DNA of 64,000 nt from Candidatus Woesearchaeota archaeon (GTDB taxonomy: Archaea; Nanobdellota; Nanobdellia; Woesearchaeales; UBA9642): contig JBBAAQ010000005.1 of assembly GCA_041658255.1 (NCBI GenBank), forward strand, positions 1,544 through 65,543, written 5' to 3'. The notes under the pieces are model-generated. The model was not told where the DNA came from, ran no database searches, and saw nothing but the letters and a program-made list of their open reading frames with translations. The stretch's first letter is position 1, and each line of letters starts with the position of its first letter. Of the stretch, positions 17,703 through 27,039 are shown piece after piece. A program made the translations under genes and the position numbers.

Positions 17703-19460
17703 ATGGTTCAAGGAAATCCAGTACAAAAGAGGGCGAGTAACACGCGTAATCAGGATAGTTATACGAATCATGCAATTTCAAATCATAATATCTCTGATCG
17801 TGTTATTTCTGATCGTGTTATTTCTGATCGTGTTATTTCTGATCGTGTTATCTCTGATCGTGTTATCTCTGATCGTGTTATCTCTGATCGTGTTATCTCT
17901 GATCGTGTTATCTCTGATCGTATCATCTCTCATCATGAGATTATTATTGTGACAAGAGTTATGATCATGTTTTTATGTTATATCTTAATCTCTAGCATCA
18001 GTATCCCACAATCCTCTGCGTTAAGTATGCAAACTGTGCAAAATTCTGCAGGGCTCTCTTCCAATAATCCTCTTCTTCCCATCACTGTTGCGACTGATGC
18101 AGAAGTTTTTTCAGTCGGAGATGTGGTTCATATTTATCTTTTTCCGAATGATCTCTTGTCGCAGAATAAGTCCCGCGAATCCCGGGATTCCTTGTTTGCA
18201 TCATTGTCCCTTGAGGTAACATTACAGGAGGACACGAGTTATTTATTAAAATATCTTGGAGCGCTCGATAATGATATTTCGTTTATTCCGCAGAAACCCG
18301 GAACCTATTATATTAAGGTATATTTGCCGAAGAGCTATTTAGACTATCAAAATATCGTGAATTCAAATATCGTGGATTCAAATACATTAGGTTCAATCAT
18401 AGTAGATTCTTCGCCTCCGGATTTAGGTTCCTCGATTGAAAAGACTTTTGTTGTGTACGCAGAGAGCGCTTTTGGCTGCAAGGAATATGCTGCCGGAGAG
18501 AATGTGGATATCTCCTTGAGGGACTATGCACCCTATCACGATAATGCAAGTTTGCCTGCGAGTGTTATGCTCATCTACAGCAACATAAATTATTCAGAAA
18601 AATTGCTTTACTCCCAGGAAATACGCGATGTCATATCCTATTCCTCTGCACGATTAGGAAAATATTCATTATATGCCGACGGGGATTATCTGGATTGCTT
18701 TGTTATTACGGACAAACCTGTTATCTCTCAATCAAATTCAGACGCTGCTGATGCAGGCACTCTCATTGTTGATGCTGGTGCTCTGAGTGTTGATTCAAGT
18801 ATTCCGGATTTAGATGCGCTGATCCAAAAAAGAGAAAAAAGGAATATGCCTGTTCTTGGGATATCACAAGCGCTCAATATTTCGAAAGATACAATCGCCG
18901 ATATGAACGCATTGAATAATGGACTCATCGCGGTAAGGATCTTGAAAAATAATTCGAATCTTACAGTCTTATCGGAGTTATTGGTTATCGATCTGAACAG
19001 ATCAATCGCTATACTGATTGGATTCAATGAGAGTGCTCCTGCTGATGATTTTACAATTGGCGTCAAGGATCAAGGTATTGTCTGGATATCTAAAAATCAT
19101 GAGACGCTCTATCTTTTTGATACGCAAACTGCAACACATATTTCTCGACGAGTTTTACCCTATAATGTCTCCAAAGGAGAATTAGGGACAGTACTATTTT
19201 TGAATACTTCTCTCACCAATGAAACTGGTAGGACTGAACTGCCGATAGATTTTGCATGGGATGTAGAGTTTGACAATCAACAATTTTATTTTTATAATCC
19301 ACAATTCGGTCAAACTTTTTCAGATGACGATATGAAAGTCAAGGAAGCATTCAGAAAACTCATGGATATGGACCAGATTCTCAGACCGCAGGATATTGCA
19401 CACCTCGATCTTGAAATCGACAGGGATTTTGTTAATGCTGATGAGATGAGCACCACATGA
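17703..19460 (+). CDS. bitopic surface protein with an N-terminal cytoplasmic ISDRV pentapeptide repeat array
   Basis: The ATG at 17703 is in frame with the track's TTG at 17685. It has 8 ISDRV units plus 2 degenerate units, then a TM segment (VMIMFLCYILISSISI), then ~480 extracellular residues with no recognised family. Confidence 0.75.
   Translation: MVQGNPVQKRASNTRNQDSYTNHAISNHNISDRVISDRVISDRVISDRVISDRVISDRVISDRVISDRVISDRIISHHEIIIVTRVMIMFLCYILISSISIPQSSALSMQTVQNSAGLSSNNPLLPITVATDAEVFSVGDVVHIYLFPNDLLSQNKSRESRDSLFASLSLEVTLQEDTSYLLKYLGALDNDISFIPQKPGTYYIKVYLPKSYLDYQNIVNSNIVDSNTLGSIIVDSSPPDLGSSIEKTFVVYAESAFGCKEYAAGENVDISLRDYAPYHDNASLPASVMLIYSNINYSEKLLYSQEIRDVISYSSARLGKYSLYADGDYLDCFVITDKPVISQSNSDAADAGTLIVDAGALSVDSSIPDLDALIQKREKRNMPVLGISQALNISKDTIADMNALNNGLIAVRILKNNSNLTVLSELLVIDLNRSIAILIGFNESAPADDFTIGVKDQGIVWISKNHETLYLFDTQTATHISRRVLPYNVSKGELGTVLFLNTSLTNETGRTELPIDFAWDVEFDNQQFYFYNPQFGQTFSDDDMKVKEAFRKLMDMDQILRPQDIAHLDLEIDRDFVNADEMSTT
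17790..17924 (+). repeat. 15-bp in-frame tandem repeat, 9 units (ATYTCTGATCGTGTT)
   Basis: Read directly. Units 2-4 carry ATT and units 1 and 5-9 carry ATC. A tenth degenerate unit extends to 17939. Confidence 0.95.
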
Positions 19461-19503
19461 TGATTAAGATAAATGATGATTAAATAAATGATGATTAAGA
19501 TAA
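19457..19503 (+). repeat. three tandem copies of ATGATGATTAA(G)ATAA spanning the stop of one gene and the start of the next
   Basis: Copies at 19457-19472, 19473-19487 and 19488-19503. Only the third opens the 2513-aa frame; the first two are 8- and 4-codon mini-ORFs. Confidence 0.9.
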
Positions 19504-22500
19504 ATGGATTATGGAATGTGAAACAGTTCGTGCGTCTTGGATTCCTATTCTTAGTACTGGGCTTGTTCTGTATCTATTCTTCACCGGATGCTGCAGCCTC
19601 GATCAATGCAAGCGATTCACAATATCTTATCGCCATCGGGCCAGTTACTGGTTCAACTTCTGCGAATTACGTGTATCTCTCAATATTTAATCCTGCAACA
19701 TCCAACAATTCAGTCGTAATCAATTATTTATTTCTCCGGAACACCGCAGTCAATACTGCTACGTATCAGAAATTGACCCTGCGTCGTATCAATGCATCGT
19801 CAACAGGAACATTGATTGCACAATCAGATATCCCGAAAAAGAATACTAATTCAGCTAACGCTACAGTCGAGATACGCTATGCAGGACCCGCAGTGACTTA
19901 TCCCAATGGGGTCAATGCGCGGATCATCTCTGTTGTGGGTTCAGGAGCAGCAGGTTCATTAAATGGCTTTAAAGAATTAGTATTTAATGAGACAAATCCA
20001 CTTGTTCTCAGACCAGGCGAAGGAGTCGCACTTTATCAGGAAGCTGCCGGAAGTGCCAACCAGCGTGTCAATCTTCTTGTTGATTGGGAAGAAACAAACA
20101 CCACACCCCAACTCAAGAATGAATATATCATTGCCACACCCAAGGTCGCAATCGCTGCAACAGTCAATTATACTTATCACTCGTTCTTTAATCCTGCAGC
20201 ATCAGGAAAGACTTATCTTGTCAAGAGAATCGATATTAATGTTGATTGTAATGGCGCTGCAGTCTATACTAATACTATGGCGCTGCGCCGAATTACTGCG
20301 GCAAGCGTAGGAACACTCATTACACAATCAGATATTCCGAAAAAAGATACTGCAACAAATGTCAGCACTGCTGAATTGCGCAACACTAACCCGACAGTCA
20401 CACATGTCGGGACTGCAAACGCGCGATTACGCCAAGTAACTCCCTGCGGCGCAGCAAACCAGCATGGTGCATATAAAGAAACACTTTTTGAGTCCAGCGA
20501 GGAGCCACTCATTATTAAGCAGGGCGAAGGACTCGCATTAATATCAGAAACTGCAGGGGATGTCAGTCAACTTGTCGGTACGCAAATGGAATGGGAAGAG
20601 ATATCAAACACCACTACACCCCTGACAGAAAACGAATTGATGTATGCATCCCCTCCAGTCACGACCACTGCAACAATCAATTATACTTATCATTCGATAT
20701 TCAATCCTGTCGGCAGCGGCAAGGTAGCAATTATTAAGCGTATTGAAATACGTATGGACGCGGGAACTGCCAACAAAGTCTATCAGCCTGTCAATCTCCA
20801 GCGCATTAATGCCGCAAGTGCAGGAACACTTATTACACAATCAGATATCATGAAAAAAAATTCTGCGACAAATACGACAGTCATGGAATTACGGTATAAT
20901 GGTCCGACAGTAACATTAAATGGATCGACGGATGCAGCTATTCTTACCATAACTGGACCGGGAGCTGTCGGCCAATTGCGCTCGCGTAAAGAATTAATAT
21001 TCAATAATGAGAAGATTGTCCTGCGACCTGGAGAGGGGCTTGCAATGTATTCTGAAACAGCAGGTGGTGCGAGCCAGTATGCAAAACTTTATGTTGACTG
21101 GGAAGAAGAGCCACTTGCAGCAGTACCTGCAGCGCAAAACGAGTATGCGCTTAATGTTGGGTCGTTCAATGGTGTGACAACTTCAGGATATAATTATACT
21201 TCATTCTTTAATCCTGCACTGAGTAATGTGACTGCGATTGTAACTAAGATATTTATGGATATTGATACTGCGGGAACAGCAGTCTATATCCCGTTCACCA
21301 TTAGGCGCATAACAAGCGCATCAGGTGGAACATCCATTGCACAATCAGATATTCCAAAAAAGAATACTGGTTCAAATGTAAGTATTATGGAATGGCGTTA
21401 TGCTAATCCTACAGTGGCATATGTCGGATCAAGTAATGCGCGTATTGAAAGTGTGCAAAGTCCAGGCGCTTTAGGGACGGCTGTTGCACCACAATTGACC
21501 GGATGGCAAGACGATATATTCACAAAGGAACCCTATGTGATAAAACCCGGCGAAGGATTGACACTCTATCAGGAAGCAGCAGGAGATGTGGATTTTCGGG
21601 TGAAGTTCATGCTCGTATGGAAAGAAATATCTTACGCACTCACTCCGGCAACAGAAGGAAACTACATGACATCCATTGGGCCAGTGAGTGGATCGCTCAC
21701 TAATAATTATGTCTATGCAACAATCTATAATCCCCTGAATTCAAGCCGCGATTATATTATGAGGCGAATTGATGTTCGATCAGACAGGGTCGGCGCCTTG
21801 ACTGCTCCTGGTTACATTCCTGTTTCATTGCAACGGATTAATTCATCGAGCGGCGGGACACTTATGTCGTTGTCAGATATCCTGCCAAAGAATACTGCGA
21901 CAAATACTTCAACTGCTGAACTGCGCTCTGCAGGACCGACGGTAAATTTTGTCGGTACCACTGCTTCTGATATGATTGGTGTGATGGCGCCTGGCGCAGT
22001 TGGGCAGGAATATGGAAAGATAGAAATCATATCTGGTAAAGGTGATGAAATTATTCTCCATCCTGGTGAGGGACTCGCAATGTACCAGCAAGGCACTGCA
22101 GGAGACGCCAACATGCGTTACCGCATGGATCTTGTATGGAATGAATCAATCATCGTAACAAATACTGCTCCTACTTTTACGCAGTCTATTGGTGATCAAA
22201 GTATTTCTCATTCTGTGAATTTATCATTACAAGTAAATTGTACTGATTTAGATTTCGATACTATTCTTTATTTTGATAATACTTCTTTATTTGATATTAA
22301 TTCTTCTGGATATATTTTTGATAATCCGACTCAGGCAGAAGCCGGAGTATACAACATTTCCATAACTTGCGGCGATGGTGTGGCAAATACTTCAAGTAGT
22401 TTCTTATATACGATAACAAATAGTGCTCCAACAACTCCTACAACACCTTCTATTACTTCTGGTACGTATCGTAGTGACTCTTTTGTTTCATCGTCGGGTA

Positions 22501-25500
22501 CTGGTTCTTCTGATTCTGATGGTGATTCTTTATCTTACTCTTACCAATTTACTTCCTCGAGTAGTGGTACTATTCTTCAAAGTTTTGGTGTTTCAACTTC
22601 TTACACGACGTGTTCTTCTAATTCTGCTTGTAATAAGACTGGTGATATTAAGGTTCAGGTGAGGGTTTCTGATGGTTCTGCTAATACGGATTCTGCTTTA
22701 AGTTCAGCGAAGGATATTTTGAATACTGCTCCGACACAGCCTTCAGCAGATACCTTAACCCCGACTACTCCTATTATTGGTAATCAGTTTACTATGGGTT
22801 GTTCTGGCAGTACTGATGTTGATCCTGAAGATTCTTTGACATATTTTTATGGTTTGTATGATTTGAATGATTCTGTGTATCGTCAAGCATTTTCTACATT
22901 GGCTACTTATACACTTGTTGCTCCTGTTGATAGTCATGATACTTTCAGGACTGATTGTTATGCGAATGATTCTAGCAATGTGAGTTCTACGAGGACTGGG
23001 ACGACTTTAAGAACAGTATCTAATTCTGCTCCTGTTATGAGTTCTTCTCGTATTTCTCCGTCTACTGCGTATACTAATGATACACTTTTAGGTTATTGTA
23101 ATGCAACAGATGCAGATAATAATAATTTAACATATCATTGGAAGTGGTATTTGAATACTGTGCAGAATACTTCTGGAACGACGTCGAATAATTATTCGCA
23201 AGGGTTAGAGATTAATGTTGCGAATGTTTCAAGCGGTAATCTTTCTGACGGGCAGAATTGGACTCTTTCATGTCAGGCAAACGACAGTTCGTTGACGAGT
23301 AGCTGGTTGAATAGTAGTGTGTTAATGATTAGTCCATATTACGGTTCTTTGAATGTTACAATCACTTCTCCTGCAACAGATATTTCTGTAAATCAGAATT
23401 CTACATTTCAGATTAATGCAACAGTAACCTGCACGGGTGAGACAGGTGCAATCTGTGGAACAGTCTATGCAAATGCGCGATATAATGCGAGTAGTGCAAC
23501 GCCGGATACATTGATTAATACGACGAGTGGAGGAACACCATTATACATGACGGGTAACGGAGGTATGTGTTATCAGGAAAGTGCGAATGAGAGTACGGCA
23601 TGTGGGGGATTAAATACCGGAACATATGCAAATGAATCAACAGCTGGTTGGAATAATCTTAATTATACTATTGATGGAAATTGGAGTACAACAGGAGATA
23701 CTGGTGGACTGGCGGGAGATTCTGCGACACTTTATATAAATTATACAAAACCTTCAAATAGTTTGGATACCAGTGTATGGCGAGTTTCAAATGGTAATTC
23801 AACAGGAGGTGTTTTTATAGTAAATATTTCTTTGCCAATACTCTGCTGGAATTATAGTTCCACAATAATACGGTTGAAAGTAACATCACAACATGGAGCA
23901 TCGACACTTTTTAATGATGTAAAATGGGATTGTTATAATGGCACCGATTATTTAAATCTAAGTAGGACGACTGGTTCAGATCTTGTTTATGAAGAAGCAA
24001 TCTGGTGGAATATTTCTGGAACATCTAATCCACAAACATCTTCTTCAACACTTTCTCAAGGACAATCTTGGAGTATGAATTGGACGGTTAATACGACAGG
24101 AACTACCGGATCGAGTTATTATGTTGATGTACTCTTTAATTCGAGTTATGGTTCGGGTAGTGTTCCAAATAATGATACGGCGAATAGGAAGATGACTGTT
24201 AATAGTGCTCCTGTCTTGAATTCTTCTCGTGTTTCTCCGACGATTGCGTATACGAATGATACACTTCTAGGTTATTGTAATGCAACTGATAGTAATTTAG
24301 ATAATCTCACGTATAATTGGAAGTGGTATTTGAATGCTGTGCAGAATACTACGGGAACAACATCGAGTAATTATACTCAGGGTTTGGAGATTAATGTTGC
24401 TAATGTTTCTAGCGGTAATTTGTCTGTTGGTCAGAATTGGACTCTTTCATGTCAGGCAAACGACAGTTCGTTGACGAGCAGTTGGATGAACAGTTCAGTT
24501 GTTGCTATTCGAGCGGTTCCTGCGGTGTTGTTTGTTTATCCTACTCCTAACAGTGGTACCTCTGCTACCAATACCTCTATTATTGTTAATGCGAGTATTA
24601 ATATTTCTGTGTTAACTAACCTTTCGACTGTTACATGGAATTGGAATGGGACAAATTATACGATGTATAATAATTCTTTAGTGTTGTTGTATAATTTCAA
24701 TAATGTGTCTGTATTCGGCGAGAATGTATCAAGCAATAAGACTTTTGATTCGAGTACGTATGGTAATAATGGTACGTGTCAAGGTATGGGTGCGGGTTGT
24801 AATTATACTCTTGGTAAGTATGGTTCTGGAATAACTTTTGATGGTGTAAATGATTTAGTCAATGTAAGTAATCCCACTTCTTTGAATAATCTTGGTCCTG
24901 CGACGTGGTCGATGTGGGTTAATCGTAATAGTCTTACGAATTATGGTGCATTAATGTATAAGAGCGATAGTAATGTTAATGCGGGTTGGTGGATTGATTT
25001 TAGATCTGATAATGGTGGAGAATTAGGAATTAATATCGTACATTCCACGACTAATATTAGAAGATATACTAACGCGAGCATTCTTGGTGTCGGACAATGG
25101 TTTAATCTAGTTATTACCTGGACTAATGTCTCGAGTTATACTGCAGTAAATATGTACATTAATGGTGTTGAAACCGCATACAGTTGGAATACCACGCCTG
25201 CAGGGAATCATCTTTCTGATGCTGCTGAACCATTAACTATTGGTTATGGAAAAGCAATTACTGGTGGATATTTCAATGGTTCTATTGATGAAGTGATGAT
25301 TTGGAATAGGAATCTTAGTGCGTCAGAGATTAGTCAACTTTACAAATCCAATCTGTATAAGTATAATACAAGTAATTGGCAGTTTACATCCAATCAATCT
25401 AATTTAACGTTAGGCGGTTATACATACTTTGCGTGTGCAGATGATACTTCAGGTGTAAGTAATTGTACAGAGACGAGAACTCTTACAATAACTAATGTTT

Positions 25501-27029
25501 CTAATTTTGCTCCTGTGATGAATTTTTCTCGTATTTCTCCGTCGACTGCGTATACGAATGATACGCTTTTGGGTTATTGTAATGCAACAGATGCAGATAA
25601 TAATAATTTAACATATAATTGGAAGTGGTTCTTGAATGCCGTACAGAATACTACTGGAACGACGACAAATAATTATACTCAAAGTTTAGAGATTAATGTT
25701 GCGAATATTGCTTCTGGAAATCTTTCCATCGGACAGAATTGGACATTCTCGTGTCAGGCAAATGATTCTATAAATATGAGTAGTTGGATGAATAGTTCAG
25801 TTGTTACAATCATCGATACAACGCCACCCAGTGTTCAATTAGATGCGCCGGCACCAAATGATGCTCGCGATCAAGGGCAAATAACATTCACGTACACTCC
25901 TTCTGACCCTCAGTTACAAAATTGCACACTCTATACTAATCGTACGGGTGTATGGATGGCAAATGCAACCAATTCATCACCTATTAATATGTCACAAAAT
26001 AATTTCTTATTGAATTTGAGTTATGGCACCTATCTGTGGAACGTACAATGTTGCGACTCTTTTGCGAATTGTGGATTTGCGCCTGCAAACAGGACTTTGC
26101 AGATCGTAGGAGACTTTGCAATTAGTGATCAGGGTCTCTTATTGAGTTCGCCTAATCCCGTCGAGAATCAAAATATTACGCTATCATCAATTGTCCTTAA
26201 TCTTGGAAATAAATCAGAATCTAATATTCTCGTACGATTCTATGAAGGAGATCCTGATACGACGGGCATTCAGATAGGGAGCGACCAATATTTTAATTTT
26301 TCTGCACTCCAGAATATCACGGTGAATATGACATGGACAACAAAAGTCGGGGGTTATAATCTCTTCGTGAAAGCTGATCCCGCAAATGCAATTGTCGAAT
26401 TCAATGAATCGAATAATAAGGCAAATAAGAGTGTGTATACTGCTGCATGGCAGATCTATTATGGAAATATTACAGGACTTTTTGTATTAGGGACGAACAC
26501 GAATAATACTATTATCGATTGGTTGCCTACAAATCTGTCTGCAAATATTTATATCGCAGATTCTGATTCATCAATCTCTTGGCAATCCCTTAAAGCAATC
26601 ACGAGAAATATAACAGGGAATAGTACGAGTAATACGACGAATGATTTTGAAGAGATAGATACTTGCCTTGCTATTGAGAACCTCACAGATTCAGTTAATG
26701 CAACATATTCGAGTGGCGGTTCACCTATCCAAACAAATAATTATACTATCTATCAGAATAACTTGTCAAATGTTCCGGTCGTGAAGAGCACGAATACGAC
26801 AAATTTTTATTCAGGGATACTCTGGGATAGCGCTGATTCAGGAGATACGTATTATACGTGTAACCCTAATCCACTCTTACGAAAGGACATTATATTTGTG
26901 ACTACGCTTAATGCGCATCAAGCAGGCGCATACGGTACTTATGATTATGAAATACGAATTCCTGCAAAGCTTCGATCATATCGTGGATCGGACGAAACAG
27001 TCAGTTTATATTATGAGACAACAGGCTAA
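19488..27029 (+). CDS. giant secreted adhesin-like protein (2513 aa): 5 novel ~170-aa repeats, Ig/cadherin-like modules, 3 near-identical 100-aa cassettes, a LamG domain and a CARDB-like domain
   Basis: Signal peptide FLFLVLGLFCIYSSPDAAAS. Five repeats each end in PGEG(L/V)A(L/M)Y..(A)G...W(E/K)E. The LamG/ConA-like segment lies at ~nt 24680-25350 (GSGITFDGVNDLV...GYFNGSIDEVMIWNRNLSASEISQLY). The CARDB-like segment lies at ~26110-26440 (NITLSSIVLNLGN...YNLFVKADPANAIVEFNESNN). The protein is extremely rich in sequons. Confidence 0.9.
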   Translation: MMIKINGLWNVKQFVRLGFLFLVLGLFCIYSSPDAAASINASDSQYLIAIGPVTGSTSANYVYLSIFNPATSNNSVVINYLFLRNTAVNTATYQKLTLRRINASSTGTLIAQSDIPKKNTNSANATVEIRYAGPAVTYPNGVNARIISVVGSGAAGSLNGFKELVFNETNPLVLRPGEGVALYQEAAGSANQRVNLLVDWEETNTTPQLKNEYIIATPKVAIAATVNYTYHSFFNPAASGKTYLVKRIDINVDCNGAAVYTNTMALRRITAASVGTLITQSDIPKKDTATNVSTAELRNTNPTVTHVGTANARLRQVTPCGAANQHGAYKETLFESSEEPLIIKQGEGLALISETAGDVSQLVGTQMEWEEISNTTTPLTENELMYASPPVTTTATINYTYHSIFNPVGSGKVAIIKRIEIRMDAGTANKVYQPVNLQRINAASAGTLITQSDIMKKNSATNTTVMELRYNGPTVTLNGSTDAAILTITGPGAVGQLRSRKELIFNNEKIVLRPGEGLAMYSETAGGASQYAKLYVDWEEEPLAAVPAAQNEYALNVGSFNGVTTSGYNYTSFFNPALSNVTAIVTKIFMDIDTAGTAVYIPFTIRRITSASGGTSIAQSDIPKKNTGSNVSIMEWRYANPTVAYVGSSNARIESVQSPGALGTAVAPQLTGWQDDIFTKEPYVIKPGEGLTLYQEAAGDVDFRVKFMLVWKEISYALTPATEGNYMTSIGPVSGSLTNNYVYATIYNPLNSSRDYIMRRIDVRSDRVGALTAPGYIPVSLQRINSSSGGTLMSLSDILPKNTATNTSTAELRSAGPTVNFVGTTASDMIGVMAPGAVGQEYGKIEIISGKGDEIILHPGEGLAMYQQGTAGDANMRYRMDLVWNESIIVTNTAPTFTQSIGDQSISHSVNLSLQVNCTDLDFDTILYFDNTSLFDINSSGYIFDNPTQAEAGVYNISITCGDGVANTSSSFLYTITNSAPTTPTTPSITSGTYRSDSFVSSSGTGSSDSDGDSLSYSYQFTSSSSGTILQSFGVSTSYTTCSSNSACNKTGDIKVQVRVSDGSANTDSALSSAKDILNTAPTQPSADTLTPTTPIIGNQFTMGCSGSTDVDPEDSLTYFYGLYDLNDSVYRQAFSTLATYTLVAPVDSHDTFRTDCYANDSSNVSSTRTGTTLRTVSNSAPVMSSSRISPSTAYTNDTLLGYCNATDADNNNLTYHWKWYLNTVQNTSGTTSNNYSQGLEINVANVSSGNLSDGQNWTLSCQANDSSLTSSWLNSSVLMISPYYGSLNVTITSPATDISVNQNSTFQINATVTCTGETGAICGTVYANARYNASSATPDTLINTTSGGTPLYMTGNGGMCYQESANESTACGGLNTGTYANESTAGWNNLNYTIDGNWSTTGDTGGLAGDSATLYINYTKPSNSLDTSVWRVSNGNSTGGVFIVNISLPILCWNYSSTIIRLKVTSQHGASTLFNDVKWDCYNGTDYLNLSRTTGSDLVYEEAIWWNISGTSNPQTSSSTLSQGQSWSMNWTVNTTGTTGSSYYVDVLFNSSYGSGSVPNNDTANRKMTVNSAPVLNSSRVSPTIAYTNDTLLGYCNATDSNLDNLTYNWKWYLNAVQNTTGTTSSNYTQGLEINVANVSSGNLSVGQNWTLSCQANDSSLTSSWMNSSVVAIRAVPAVLFVYPTPNSGTSATNTSIIVNASINISVLTNLSTVTWNWNGTNYTMYNNSLVLLYNFNNVSVFGENVSSNKTFDSSTYGNNGTCQGMGAGCNYTLGKYGSGITFDGVNDLVNVSNPTSLNNLGPATWSMWVNRNSLTNYGALMYKSDSNVNAGWWIDFRSDNGGELGINIVHSTTNIRRYTNASILGVGQWFNLVITWTNVSSYTAVNMYINGVETAYSWNTTPAGNHLSDAAEPLTIGYGKAITGGYFNGSIDEVMIWNRNLSASEISQLYKSNLYKYNTSNWQFTSNQSNLTLGGYTYFACADDTSGVSNCTETRTLTITNVSNFAPVMNFSRISPSTAYTNDTLLGYCNATDADNNNLTYNWKWFLNAVQNTTGTTTNNYTQSLEINVANIASGNLSIGQNWTFSCQANDSINMSSWMNSSVVTIIDTTPPSVQLDAPAPNDARDQGQITFTYTPSDPQLQNCTLYTNRTGVWMANATNSSPINMSQNNFLLNLSYGTYLWNVQCCDSFANCGFAPANRTLQIVGDFAISDQGLLLSSPNPVENQNITLSSIVLNLGNKSESNILVRFYEGDPDTTGIQIGSDQYFNFSALQNITVNMTWTTKVGGYNLFVKADPANAIVEFNESNNKANKSVYTAAWQIYYGNITGLFVLGTNTNNTIIDWLPTNLSANIYIADSDSSISWQSLKAITRNITGNSTSNTTNDFEEIDTCLAIENLTDSVNATYSSGGSPIQTNNYTIYQNNLSNVPVVKSTNTTNFYSGILWDSADSGDTYYTCNPNPLLRKDIIFVTTLNAHQAGAYGTYDYEIRIPAKLRSYRGSDETVSLYYETTG
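23022..23321 (+). repeat. cassette copy 1 of a ~300-nt intragenic repeat
   Basis: Encodes NSAPVMSSSRISPSTAYTNDTLLGYCNATDADNNNLTYHWKWYLN...NWTLSCQANDSSLTSSWLNSSV. Most nucleotides are identical to the copies at 24201 and 25503. Confidence 0.9.
24201..24500 (+). repeat. cassette copy 2
   Basis: NSAPVLNSSRVSPTIAYTNDTLLGYCNATDSNLDNLTYNWKWYLN...NWTLSCQANDSSLTSSWMNSSV. Confidence 0.9.
25503..25802 (+). repeat. cassette copy 3
   Basis: NFAPVMNFSRISPSTAYTNDTLLGYCNATDADNNNLTYNWKWFLN...NWTFSCQANDSINMSSWMNSSV. Confidence 0.9.
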
Positions 27030-27039
27030 TATGAAATCC

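Noticed and set aside
17790-17939. The regular short repeats could be a CRISPR array.
   Set aside because: The units are 15 bp, directly abutting with no spacers, in frame within a CDS, and they encode a pentapeptide repeat.
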